Below, piece by piece: positions 12,570 through 24,664 of a stretch of DNA of 64,000 nt. A model generated the notes under the pieces. That model was not told the origin of the DNA. It was given only the letters and a program-made list of their open reading frames with translations, and searched no databases. Position 1 is the stretch's first letter. Every line of letters starts with the position of its first letter. Origin of the DNA: Cetorhinus maximus. Its lineage: Eukaryota. A program made the translations under genes and the position numbers. The stretch covers positions 97,092,001 through 97,156,000 of the forward strand of contig NC_135890.1 of NCBI RefSeq assembly GCF_964194155.1, read 5' to 3'.

Positions 12570-13850
12570 ATCACAGAATCACAGAATAGTTACAGTGTAG
12601 AAGGAGGCCATTCGGCCCATCTTGCCCGCACCGGCTCGCTGAACATTTTAACTTAGTGCCAATCTCCTGCCTTTACCCCGTAACCCTGCACGTTGTTTCT
12701 ATTTTGGTAATCATCCAATGCCCTCTTGAATGCCTCAGTTGAATCTGCCTCCACCACATTTCCAGGCAGTGCATTCCAAACTCTAACTACTCATTGTGTG
12801 AAAAAGTTTTATCTCACCTTGCATTTGCTTCTTTTGCAAAACACTTTAAAATTGTGCCCTCTGGTTCTCGATCTGTTTACGAGCAGGAACAGTTTCTCCC
12901 TATCCACTTTGTCCAGGCCCCTCATTATTTTGAAAACTTCTTTCAAGTCTCCTCTTAGCCTTTTCCTCTCCAAGTAAAACTGTCCTAACTTCTCCAATCT
13001 TTCCTCATAACTGAAGTGTCTCATTCCTGGAACCATTCTCGTAAACATTTTCGGCACTCTCTCCAATGCGTTCACATCCTTCCTATAGTGTGATGCCCAG
13101 AACTGTACATAATACTCCAGTTGAGGTCTAACCAGTGTCTTATATAGGTTCATCATAGCCTCCCTGATCTTGTACTCTATACCCCTATTAATGAAGCCTA
13201 GAATACTGTATGCTTTAGAAACAGTTCTCTCTACCTGTCCTGCCACCTTTAATGACTTATGTACATATATACCCAGGTCTCTCTGCTCCTGCACACCCTT
13301 TAAAATAGTACTCTTTATTTTATTTTGTCTCTCCATGTTTTTTGTAGCAAAGTGTATCACCTCACACTTCTCCGCATTGAACTTCATCTGCCACCTACCT
13401 GCCCATTCCACTAATGTGTCAATGTCCTTTTGAAGTTCTACACTGTCCTCCTCATGGTTTACAATTCTCCCAAGTTTTGTGTCGTCTGCAACTTGAAATT
13501 GTCCCCTACACACCAAGATCTAGGTCATTTGTACGTATCAGGAAAAGAAAGTAGGAAGCAAGCAGGGAATACACTACAAACATTCTTCCAGCCTGAAAAA
13601 TACCCATTAGCCATTACGCTCTGTTTCCTATCCCTCTGCCAATTTTGTATCCATATTGCTACTGTCCCTTTTATTCAGTGACCTTTAACTTTCCTCACAA
13701 GTCTGTTGTGTGGCACTATATCAAATACCTTTTGGAGGTCCATATACACCACATCAATGGCCTTGCCCTTATCAACCATTTTTACCTCTTCAAAAAAACT
13801 CCAGCAAGTTCGTTGGACACGATTTTCCTTGAACAAATCCATGCCGATTC
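12570..13850 (-). mobile_element. 5'-truncated CR1 LINE inserted in the Gypsy element
   Basis: ORF 12809-13516 (ADDTKL, WQMKFNAEKC, LVRPQLEY, RLRGDLKEVFK); (attctgtg)n tail at about 12570. Confidence 0.92.
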
Positions 13851-15815
13851 TTCTTAAATATATTCAGTGACTTGGCCTCCACAACTTTCTGTGATAGACA
13901 ATTCCACGGGTTCACCACCCTCTGAGTGAAGACGTTTCTCCTCTTCTCGGTCCTAAATGGCCTACCCTGAGATTGTGACCCCTTACTCTAGACCCCCAGC
14001 CAGAGAAAATATTCTCCCTGCATCCAGTTTGTCCAGCCCTGTCAGAATTTTATACATTTCAATGAGGTCTCCTTTAATTATTCTAAACTCCAGTGAACAC
14101 AGGCCTAGTCAGCCCAATCTGTCCTCATGCGACAATTCTGCCATCCCAGGAATCAGTCTGGTGAACCTCTGCTGCACTCCCTCTATGGTAATTACATCCT
14201 TTCTTAGGTAAGGACACCAAAACTGCACACACTACTTCAGGTATGGTCTCACCAAGGCCCAGTACAGCTGCAATAAGACATCCTTGCTCCTGTACTCAAG
14301 TCCTCTTGCAATGAAGGCCAACATACCATTTGCTTTCTTAACTTTTGCTGCACCTCCATGCTTGCTTTCAGTGATTGGCATACGAGGACACCCAGGTCCC
14401 TTTGTACATCAACATTTCCCAATCTCTCACCGTTTAAATAATACTCCGCCATTTTGCTTTTCCTACCAAAGTGAGTAACTTCACACTTATCTACATTATA
14501 TTGCATCTACCATGTATTTGCCCACTCACTCAACTTGTATAAATCACCTTGAAGCCTCTTAACCTCCTCCTCACCATTCACATTCCCACTTAGTTTTGTG
14601 TCATCAGAAAACTTGGAAATATTACATTTGGTTCCCTCATCCAAATCATTGATATATATTGTGAATAGCTGAGGCCCAAGCACTGATCCCTGTGGTACCC
14701 CACTAGTCACAGCCTGCCATTCCAAAAAAGACCCATTTATTCCTACTCTCTGTTTCCTGTCTAATAACCAATTCTCAATCCATGCCAATATATTACCCCC
14801 AATCCCATGTGCTTTAATTTTGCACACTAACCTCTTTTGTGGGACTTTATCAAAAGCTTTCTGAAAATCAAAATACACCACATCCACTGGTTCTCCCTTA
14901 TCTATTCTGCTAGTTATACCCTCAAAAAAACTCCAGTAGGTTTGTCAAACATGATTTCTCTTTCATAAATCGATGTTGACTTTGTCTAATCCCATCGATA
15001 TTTTCTAAGTCTCCTGTTATCACATCCTTTATAATGGACTCTAGCATTTTCCCTACTACTGATGTTAGGCTAACCGGTCTGTAGTTCTTTGATTTTTCCC
15101 TCCCTCCTTGTTTAAATAGCGGGGTTACATTTGCCACCCTCCAATCTGCCGGGACTGTTCCAGAATCGACAGAATTTTGGAAGATGACAACCAATGAATC
15201 CACTATTTCCATGGCCACCTCCTTTAGTACCCTGGGATGTAGATTATCAGGCCTTGGGATTTATCGGCTTTCAGTCCCATTAATTTCTCCAGCACTGTAT
15301 TTTTAGTAATACTTATTTTCCTTCAATTCTTCCTTCTCACTAGACCCTCAATTCCCTAGCATTTCTGCGAAGTTATTTGTGTCTTCCTTTGTAAAGACAG
15401 AACTAAAGTCGTTGTTTAATTGCTCTGCCACTTCTTTGTTCTCTATTGTAAATTCTCCCATTTCAGACTGTAAGAGACCTACATTTGTCTTCACCCAATC
15501 TTTTTCTTCTTACATACTTATTGAAGCTTTTACAGCCCTCTTTTATGTTCCTTGCAAGTTTACTCTCATGCTCTACTTTTCCTCTCTTACTCAATCTCTT
15601 GGTCCTCCTTTGCTGAATTCTAAACTGCTCCCAATCCTCAGGTTTGCTACTTTTTCTAGCAAATTTATATGACTCCTCTTTGGATCTAACACTATTCTTA
15701 ATTTATTTTATTAGCCATGGTTGGGCTACTTTTCCTGATGTGTTTTTGCACCAGAAAGGAATATATAACTGTTGCAAAACATACATTCGTTCCTTAAATA
15801 TTAGCCATTGCTGCG
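13851..15815 (-). mobile_element. Second CR1 LINE (same subfamily as 21637-23364), lacking its extreme 3' tail
   Basis: RT fragments NYRPVSLTSVVGK, DFQKAFDKV, SGVPQGSVLGP, FSDDTKL, with frameshifts. Confidence 0.92.
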
Positions 15816-18371
15816 TACATGCGTTCCTTAAATATTAGACGAAGCATTATCAGATCTCTTACAGATAAGAAAGGATTTAACACTAGTAAAAGCAGTGCAG
15901 ATCACAAGGCAAACAGAGCTCAGGAAACAGAATCAGGTGTTTATTCATGGGGAAGGAGAGGTCCTGTGGGGGAGATCGAGTGAGATCACTCAGTTTGTGG
16001 ACCACAAAAGAGAAAGTGCACCATAGCCCAAGCCAGCCAAAATGGGAAAAGCGGGCCAACTGCTATTTGGAACTGTCTTCAGTTGTGGCAGGAACAAATC
16101 ATATAAGCGAGATGAATATCCAGCAGTGAGGGTAGATGCCACAACTGTGGAAAAATAGACCACTTTAGAACTGTCTGTCACTCAAAATGCTGACAACCTG
16201 TTAAAAGAAAGAAAAAACTTTAAAACACAGCCACATACAAGAAATGGAAGAACCACAAGCAAAGGAACGAACCTTCCTGGGGAAGGTAAATGATACTTAA
16301 AATGAGTATTGGAGTATTAAACGTGAAGTTGTTGGACATCGCACAGATTTTAAATTAGACACAGGAGCAGGGGTTTCTGTTTTATCAGATGAAGTCAAAT
16401 GGCTCACACAGATTACATTACAACTCTCATCTATCAAACTACATGCTCCTGGCAGGATAACTTTAAAAGTGAAAGGCCAACTCATGGCAAAGCTGAAATA
16501 TAAAGGCTGAGAAATCTTCGAACCCCTCAATGTCATTCAAACTTAAGAGTAGTCTCTGCTAAGCTGAAATATGCCTAAAACTGAAATTAATCTTTAAAGC
16601 AGATGAAGTTGCTGATGAGAACTACAGCAAGTACATTTCAAAATGAATTTCTAAACTGGTTTCAGGCCTAATAATGTTAAAGAGTACCATATCGTCTATG
16701 AGCTGATGCAAAACCAATTTGCCTCTTTACACCGAGGCAAGTCCCTCACTGACTCTTGGACAAAGTCCAGGGTGTAATTGATAAGGCACAGCAGCAAGGG
16801 ATTACCTCACCAGTCACTATGCCAACAAAATGGTGTTCAGGAATGGTCATGGTCTCAAAGCCAAACTGCTCTATAAGAATCTCCTAGGCATGGTCTTCCA
16901 ACCTCTGTCTCGAAAATCTAACACATGACTGACTGATATTAGCAGCACATCATCATCTACATCATACATTAGCATTTCCCACCTGTTAACCCTTTATACT
17001 ACAGTGCCCGCTCCAGAAATTTTCCAGAGAACAATGTCTGGAAGGCATGGAAGGAGTAATATGCCATATGGACAACATATTTATACGTGGCTCCTGGAGA
17101 GAAGTGCATGATCTCAGGGTCAGAGCAATTGTCAGAGCCTTACAGAATGAAGGACTAACATTGAATCAAAAATGTGAGTTCGCCAAACCTATGATCAAGT
17201 TTCTAGGTGACATAGTGCAAGCTACTGGAATCAGAGTTGTTCCACAAAAAACAAAAGTAATCAGAGATTTCCCACAACCCAGGAAAATAACTGAGCTTCA
17301 AAGATTCCTCCGGATGGTCAACCAAGATGGCAAGTTCCTACCAAATTTAGCAGACGTCAATGAGCATTTGGGAGAGCTGTTGAGACAGGGTCAACAGTGG
17401 TGCTGGAATATAACCCATCACAATGCTTTCAAAAGGATTAAACAACTTTCAGTCTCTTCTGAAATCTTCATGCATCATGACACAGAATTACTGACCATGG
17501 TAGCAGCAGATGCATCACCTACAGGTCTGGGGGCAGCTTTATTTAATGAGGCAGCAAGCGTAAACCAGTCTACTATGCCTCTAGGTCACTAACAGAAACA
17601 GAATAACAATGCACCATGATAGAAAAAGAAGCTTTGGCCACAACATGGGAGTGCAAAAGATTTTCAGACTACGTTATGGGATTGCATTTCAAATCGAAAC
17701 AGACCATAAGCCACTAGTCACCCTTCTGAACATGAAAGAAATTGCAAAGATGCTGTACAGAATCCAACTGTTCAGATTAGGATTGAGATATGACTCCAAA
17801 ACAGAGTATGTGCAAGGGAAATATCAAACAATGCCAGATACACTATCACGAATACCATCAGAAGGAACCAAACAAGGGGATTTACACTTTATCAAGGAGG
17901 TGGAAGCGTATACATCCTTAATCATTCAGCACTTACTAACTACTGTAAGAAAATTGCAGAAAATAAAACAAGCCCAGCGAAAAGAGGAAGAATGTCTCCA
18001 AGTCTGAGAATACTGTGTGGAAAGATGGCCAAACTATAAACCCATTAATCAGATATTATGGCAGTACTTTGAACAGCGCAAGCACTTCACTATCAGTGAT
18101 GACTTACTAGTGTTTAACAAGAAAATAGTCATACTGAGAACATTTCGATTTGATGCTCTTCAAAGACTTCACCAAGGTGATCTGGAAATAGCAAAATGTC
18201 ATGCGAGAGCACAGCAATCAGTCTGGTGGCCAGGCATTACTCACTCTAAAGAAGAAATGATTTCTAACTGGTTTACTTGTGCTGTAAACTGCCAGGAACA
18301 AAAACTCAAACCCAATATCGCCACAAATGACTACGAGAGGGTAAAACAGCATGGGGAAGAATATAGAAGCA

Positions 18372-18647
18372 AAAACAGAAATACCTGGAAAAACTCAGCA
18401 GGTCTGGCAGCATCGGCGGAGAAGAACAAAGTTGACGTTTCGAGTCCTCATGACCCTTCAACAGAACTAAGTAAAAATAGGAGAGGGGTGAAATATTGTC
18501 CTATTTTTACTTAGTTCTGTTGAAGGGTCATGAGGACTCGAAACGTCAACTTTGTTCTTCTCCGCCGATGCTGCCAGACCTGCTGAGTTTTTCCAGGTAT
18601 TTCTGTTTTTGTTTTGGATTTCCAGCATCCGCGGTTTTTGTTTTTAT
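18372..18647. mobile_element. Penelope-derived palindromic insertion
   Basis: Perfect 113-bp inverted arms (18370-18482 / 18499-18611), 16-nt spacer, 15-bp TSD aagaata(t/c)agaagca at 18357-18371 and 18648-18662. Confidence 0.9.
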
Positions 18648-19356
18648 AAGAATACAGAAGCAATCAGGCAAGGAACTATAATCATAGGCATAGAGCACAT
18701 GAATACAGGTGTTGAAGCCAGGGGAGACATTATGGGTCCAAGACCAACAGAGGGAAGGTACCATCACTGAAAAAGCTCCACAACCAAGATCGTACAGGAT
18801 TGAGCCAGACCAGGATATCATAAGGAGAAAGTGCAACACCTTAATATCCTTGGAGAGAAAGCCAATAGAAACTTGGGCTTACTACTCAGGTCCTGACGAA
18901 GAAGAAGAATGACTGACTACAAACTCTACAGCCACCCAGGAGAAGATCACTCACACCGACAGAAGGAAGAGTACAGAATATCCTCAACCTCAAAAGGAGA
19001 TCAGAATGAGATCAGGGAGATTGGTCAAGGCAACTCAGAGATCAACCCTGTGAAGTCTGAGATTTTGGGGTAGGAGGATATAAATATGAGGGATAAAGTC
19101 TTAGGGGAGATGTAGATTAAAGGGTTAACATCAGAAGCATACATCATGCTGATGTAATAATGATGTCTGATCCCATGACTGAGAAGTAAGAGAGATCTGG
19201 AAGGAGGAGAAACTCCAACCTCCTTGTAGAGTTCTAAATGTGTAAATACTTGCTGTAAATAAAGAGTAATGGTTTTAAGGAACTATAGACTCGAGCAGCA
19301 TACTTTGGGAGAATAGACAATCCCCAAAACCCCTGTCTAGACCCCTGCCACACAAC

Positions 19357-19592
19357 GAACTCCCCTGCTGTTCTTCAAAATAATGTTGTAGGATCATTTA
19401 CGTCCACCTGAGAGGGTAGATGGGCCATGTCTTAATGGGTCATTCAAAATAACACATCGCCAACCATGCAGAACTTCCTCAGTACAGTATTGGTGTCAAC
19501 CTAGACCTTGTGCTCAAATCTATGGAGTGGAACCTGAAACCTCAACTTTCTGACTCAGAGGTGAGAGTGCCACATTGAGTCATGGCTGACAG
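19357..19592 (-). mobile_element. DeuSINE, 5' half
   Basis: aactcccctgct..ggatcatttacgtccacctgagaggg.. and reverse-complement head ttctgactcagaggtgagagtgc; contiguous with 12040-12260 once the LTR element is removed. Confidence 0.75.
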
Positions 19593-20442
19593 CCTGGAAC
19601 ATCTTTGCATTTTGGTGGCGGGAAGTACAAGGTTTGTGGTTTGGACAAATATAAACCACCCTTTTTGAGATGTGTGTTGCAATCAGTCACACAAAAAGTA
19701 GTCAATTTAACTGTATTTTGGGGGGAAAAAAACTTAGGCCTAGATAATAAAGTGGATATTCCCAGTTAGTTATTGTTGAAATGGGAACTGGGTTCAGATT
19801 CAACATGGAAAGAAATGGCAGCTTTTTCTGGCTGTGAGGTTTCCCAGTAAATTAATTTGGGCAGTCTCCAAAAACTGGTTGATAAAAAATCAGTTCCCTT
19901 GTGCATAACTGCCCATATCTGGGATTTGAATTATTTTCAGAGCATGTGGGAAATGAACATATGGTAGCGGAGTAGAGGGGTACTCTTCTGAGATTGGGGT
20001 TAAGGTACAACATTGGAGTGAGAGTAATGCAACCCTTACTGTGCACCTGGCCTGTGCTTTGCTAGTTGGAAAGAAACAATCGTAGTAAAAAAGTTCAACT
20101 CCTTGGGCTTAACTTTTGCCTCGTATGTGGAAAACAAGAGTTGGATTTGTTTTTGGGTCAGCAATCCGCCTCCATTGGGAAGCTGATTAAAGTCACAGCT
20201 TTTACAGTGGTGAGGCCTTGAATGATATGGAGACAACCTGTCCAATTAGATCTAGCGGGGGTGGGAATGGAGGTGGGTGAGATGAAGTGTGAGACTCATT
20301 TAGACACCCACAGCAGCCATCACTGGGGTGGTTGGTGTCCTAAGTGAGAGATCGGCGGTTTGTGTCAAAGTCTTCCAGAGCACCAGAGGGAAGTGAAATG
20401 AGTCTTGTGCTGGCGCCCAAGGGGGGGGGCTGCCCCCTTGGT

Positions 20443-20978
20443 TAAGAACATATGAAATAGGAGCAGGAGAGGACCACATGGCCCATCAAGCCTGTCCCAC
20501 GATTCAATACCTTCACGGCTGATCTTGGGTTTCAACTCCACTTTCCCATCCACTCCACATATCCTTTGATTCTCTGAGAGACCAAAAAATCTGTTTATCT
20601 CAGCCTTAACTATGTTCAATGATGGAGCATCCACAACCCTCTAGAGTAGAGAATTCTGGAGATTCACTACACTTTGAGTGAAGAAATTTCTCCCCATCTC
20701 AGTCTGAATTCATAGGCCCTTTATCCTGAATCTACTCTAGATGCTCCAGCAAGGGGAAACAACCTCAAAGTATCTACCCTTCATGATCTTGCATCTTTCA
20801 ATGGGATCACCTCTCATTCTTCTAAACTCCAGTGAAAATGAATTCAATTTACTCAGCCTCTCATCATAAGTCACCCCTCTCATTCCAGGGACCAATCTGG
20901 TGAACCTTTGCTTTACTGCCTCCATTGCAAATATATCCTTCCTTCAATATGGAGATCACAATTGCACACAGTATTCCA
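20443..20978 (-). mobile_element. CR1 LINE 3' fragment inserted in the Harbinger element
   Basis: QRFTRLVPGMRG..SLEFRRMRGD; tail cctctcctgctcctatttcatatgttctt on the - strand. Confidence 0.88.
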
Positions 20979-20979
20979 G

Positions 20980-23900
20980 TTGTCATCTCGCCCAAAGTTC
21001 TGTAAAATTGTTTCAAGTTCATCGATGCTTTATTTAATGCTGGAGGCTGTGGGGGAGGGGAGGAAGGTCCAATTCCTAGAGGGTGGCAGGAGGAGACTGC
21101 CAGCTGAAACTAAAGAGGGGGTTCAGATGGATGCCACCATCAGCAGTAGAAGCATGATGAGAAAAATCTGGATCCAATGCTGTAAAATTTTCAACAACCT
21201 CATACATTCTGGCAACCCCCAACACTCTGGAATAGTCTCAGGTCTTGCACCCTCCAACAGAAACACCATCTGAGGTACTTCATGTTGCATGGGAGGGTAT
21301 ATGCCCCAGGCCACTCACTTCTCTGAATAGCTCAAAGCCCAAGAGTTGCTGAGAAACTGTTACCACAGAGACACACAGCTTCTAATTCCAGATGGCATCG
21401 GACACAGAGGACAGCAGTGCCTTATCTTAACTCTTTTATCTTTGCAGGAGAAGTGCGCCCGCAATGTGAGGGAGAGGGCCCAGATGAGAGGAAGTGTGCC
21501 ATTCTACTAAATTACCCCATGGAGCAGACAGGGATAGAGATAACCAGGTTAATGGAAGAGGAGGCAGCCAGAGCTGGCAAAACAGGCACTCATGGTGGAC
21601 CTGGTGATTACAGAGGGCAAAGTGGTCATTAAGACCAACTAAATACATACTTTGGTTCTGTCTTCACAAAGGAGGACACTAATAACATACCAGAAATGTT
21701 AGGGAACACAGGGTTTAGTGAGAGGGAGGAACTGAAAGAAATCAGTATTAGTAGGGAAATGGTGTTGGGGAAATTGATGGGATTGAAGGCCGATAAATCC
21801 CCCAGGGCCTGATAACCTACATCCCAGAGTACTTAAGGAAGTGGCCTTGGAAATAGTGGATGCATTGGTGGTCATCTTCCGAGATTCTATAGACACTGGA
21901 ACAGTTCCTATAGATTGGAGGGTAGCTAATGTAACCCTGCTATTTAAAAAGGGAGGCAGAGAGAAAACAGGGAATTACAGACCAGTCAGCCTGACGTCAG
22001 TAGTAGGAAAAATTCTAGAGTCCATTATAAAAGGTTTAATAGCTGAGCATGTGGAAAACAGTGGCAGAATCAGACAGGGACAGCATGGATTTATGAAAGA
22101 GAAATCATGCTTGACAAATCTACTGGAATTTTTCGAGGATGTAACTGGTAGAGTTGATGAGGGGAGCCAGTGGATGTGGTTTATTTGGACTTTCAGAAGG
22201 CTTTCGACAAAGTCCCACATAAGAGATTGGCATGTAAAATTAAAGCACATGGGATTGGGGGTAGTGTATTGAGATGGATAGAAAACTGGTTGGCAGATAG
22301 GAAACAAAGAGTAGGAATAAACGGGTCTTTTTCTGAATGGCAGGCAGTGACTAGTGGGGTACCGCAGGGATCGGTGCTGGGACCCCAGTTATTCACGATA
22401 TATATTAATGATTTAGATGAAGGAATTAGATGTAATATCTCCAAATTTGCAGATGTAACAAGGCTGGGAGGGAGGGTGAGCTGTGAGGAGGATGCAGAGA
22501 TGCTTCAGTGTGATTTGGATAAGCTGAGTGAGTGGGCAAATGCATGGCAGATGCATTATAATGTAGATAAATGTGAGGTTATCCATTTTGGTAGCAAAAA
22601 CGGGAAGGCAGATTATTATCTGAATGCCTATAAATTGAGAGAGGGGAATGTGCAACGAGACCTGGGTGTCCTCGTACACCAGTCGCTGAAGGTAAGCATG
22701 CAGGTGCAGCAGGCGGTAAAGAAGGCAAATGGTATGTTGGCCTTCATAGCCAGAGGATTCGAATACAGGAACAGGGATGTCTTGCTGCAATTATACAGGG
22801 CCTTGGTGAGACCACACCTGGAATATTGTGTGCAGTTTTGGTCTCCTTATCTGAGGAAGGATGTCCTTGCTATAGAGGGAGAGCAGCGAAGGTTTACCCG
22901 ACTGATTCCTGGGATGGCGGGACTGACATATGAGGAGAGATTGAGTCGATTAGGATTATATTCGCTGGAGTTCAGAAGAATGAGGGGGGATCTCATAGAA
23001 ACCTATAAAATTCTAACAGGACTAGACAGGGTAGATGCAGGAAGGATGTTCCCGATGGTGGGGGAATCCAGAACCAGGGGTCAGAGTCTGAGGATGTGGG
23101 GTAGACCATTTAGGACTGAGATGAGGAGAAATTTCTTCACCCAGAGAGTGGTGAGCCTGTGGAATTCGTTATCACAGAAAGTGGTTGAGACCAAAACATT
23201 GTATGTTTTCAAGAAGGAGTTAGATATAGCTCTTGGGGCGAAAGGGATCGGTATGGGGAGAAAGCAGGAGCAGGCTATTGAGTTGGATGATCAGTCATGA
23301 TCATAATGAATGGTGGAGCAGGCTCGAAGGACTGAATGGCCTACTCCTGCTCCTAGTTTCTATGGCACTCCACTCTGTCCAATAGCATGTCATGCACTGA
23401 GGAACATTAAGTAGCCTCAGCACTGCAGAGGTTTCTACTCTCCTAGGCTAGCTATCATGATCTCTTATGTCGCCCACAGGTGCAGATGTCCAACATGTGG
23501 CACCCTGCTCCTCTCCCTCCATGGGCCAGAGCTGCATTAAAAAGAAGAAGCACCATTGCACCTTATATGCAGATCCTCTTGCCCTGGTGGGTCCTCATGC
23601 GTGTGTACATACGGTGGCACAGGGTGATGATCACTGCACTAGCAGCTGTATGGCAGGAAGAGATGCCAGAGGCAGAAAGGGAGCTTTTGCCAGTTCATCT
23701 TGGACAAGGGAGGAAAGATACAGCCCTGCTCAGCTGGGGCACAGGTATGGGGCCTCAGGAGTCACAAGAAAGGAGGCTCTACCTTAAATAGCAGCAGGAG
23801 AAGGACTTCTGCATGGCCAAGTTCCCTGAGGCTGTGCAGAGTCTTAGGCAGAGGATGGAGAAGTCCTTCCAGCTCATGTGCGCCACAATGGCTCAGGTCT

Positions 23901-24410
23901 ATGAGTTTATGAGCTCCTCCATAAAGAGAATGGCTAACCTCTTTGAGGGCCATATGTGGCATCACCCAGAGTGTATGCAGGAACTTTGCCCTGACATCCA
24001 CAGACTGTATAGTGTGAATAGGTCAGTGGGGCTGTTGGCGCAGAGATATTTGGAGGGAATGTCCAGCTGCACTCCAGCTCCTGTCCTCCTCCAGGCACCC
24101 AGTGTGCCCAGCAAGGACTGGGGATGCCATGGAGGAGCATGAATGTGCCACTCCTCATGGGGCACCATCATCATCCCTGGCCTCCTTGGCCTCTCAGACT
24201 CAGGGGCAGTCTTTTCAGTGGGGCCAAATGATGGAGGTTAGCCCTGCAGATGCCCCAGGGGTACCACCATGATAAGGACACCACATGCATCTCAGCCACA
24301 AGCTGAGGCAAGTGAGCAGGCTGCCTCCCCAGAGGCCACTAGAAGAAATTTGTGTAGGAGAGGCCAAGCATGGAGCATAAATTGCGTGGAGCATTAAGTG
24401 GGTCACTCGA
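20980..24410 (+). pseudogene. Harbinger Myb/SANT-like (trihelix) DNA-binding protein remnant, intron-containing, interrupted by CR1
   Basis: LMLEAVGEGRKVQFLEGGRRRLPAETKE..ISSRS..WIQCCKIFNNL (about 21030-21210); acceptor tttgcag at 21447 followed by EKCARNVRERAQ; further acceptor cccacag at 23479. Confidence 0.7.
21637..23364 (+). mobile_element. 5'-truncated CR1 LINE with long RT-coding remnant (ORFs 21841-22272 and 22170-23300)
   Basis: Standard CR1 ORF2 motifs; frameshift near 22165; catalytic FADD reads FADV; 3' tail cctactcctgctcctagtttctatg. Confidence 0.95.
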
Positions 24411-24664
24411 GTGTCTTCTTATTGTCTCCGTCAGCTAGTTTCCTCCCATTGTACTGAAATATATAAATGATGATACTTTAAAGGCACAAGCCTGGGACTC
24501 CTTTAATTGATGCCAGGACAAGAAAAGTGGTAGGAGGTGGTGAAAGAGATAATGGGATCCTCCACAGTGAGGGAAAAGTCTCTAGACAGATGTTCTTCCT
24601 TCATTGGGGTAAGTGATTAGATGTTCCAGGTTGTGTTTGGCATGCATGTGTTAGCACAGGTATC

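Larger units (their letters stand above)
12261..19357 (+). mobile_element. Decayed Gypsy/Ty3 LTR retrotransposon
   Basis: Paired ~250-bp LTRs (12261-12508 TG..CA, 19111-19357); PBS-like TGG at 12509; polypurine tract aggggaga before the 3' LTR; CCHC knuckle CHNCGKIDHFRTVC (~16137), protease FKLDTGA (~16350), RT EIFQRTM/HMDN, RNase H ADASPTGLGA, integrase Zn-finger LHQG..WWPGI; order PR-RT-RH-IN; integrase core deleted. Confidence 0.92.

Noticed and set aside
18300-18770. Recurring short ORFs such as NTWKNSAGLAASAE / LPDLLSFSRYFCF
   Set aside because: Translations of the non-coding Penelope terminal repeat, recurring wherever the repeat occurs.
22170-23300. 376-aa ORF as a functional reverse transcriptase or host gene
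   Set aside because: 5'-truncated CR1 without endonuclease, frameshifted upstream, and catalytic FADD changed to FADV.
13851-23364. Large inverted repeat formed by CR1 copies at 13.9-15.3 kb and 21.6-23.3 kb
   Set aside because: Independent insertions of an abundant subfamily into different host elements, not a single structure.
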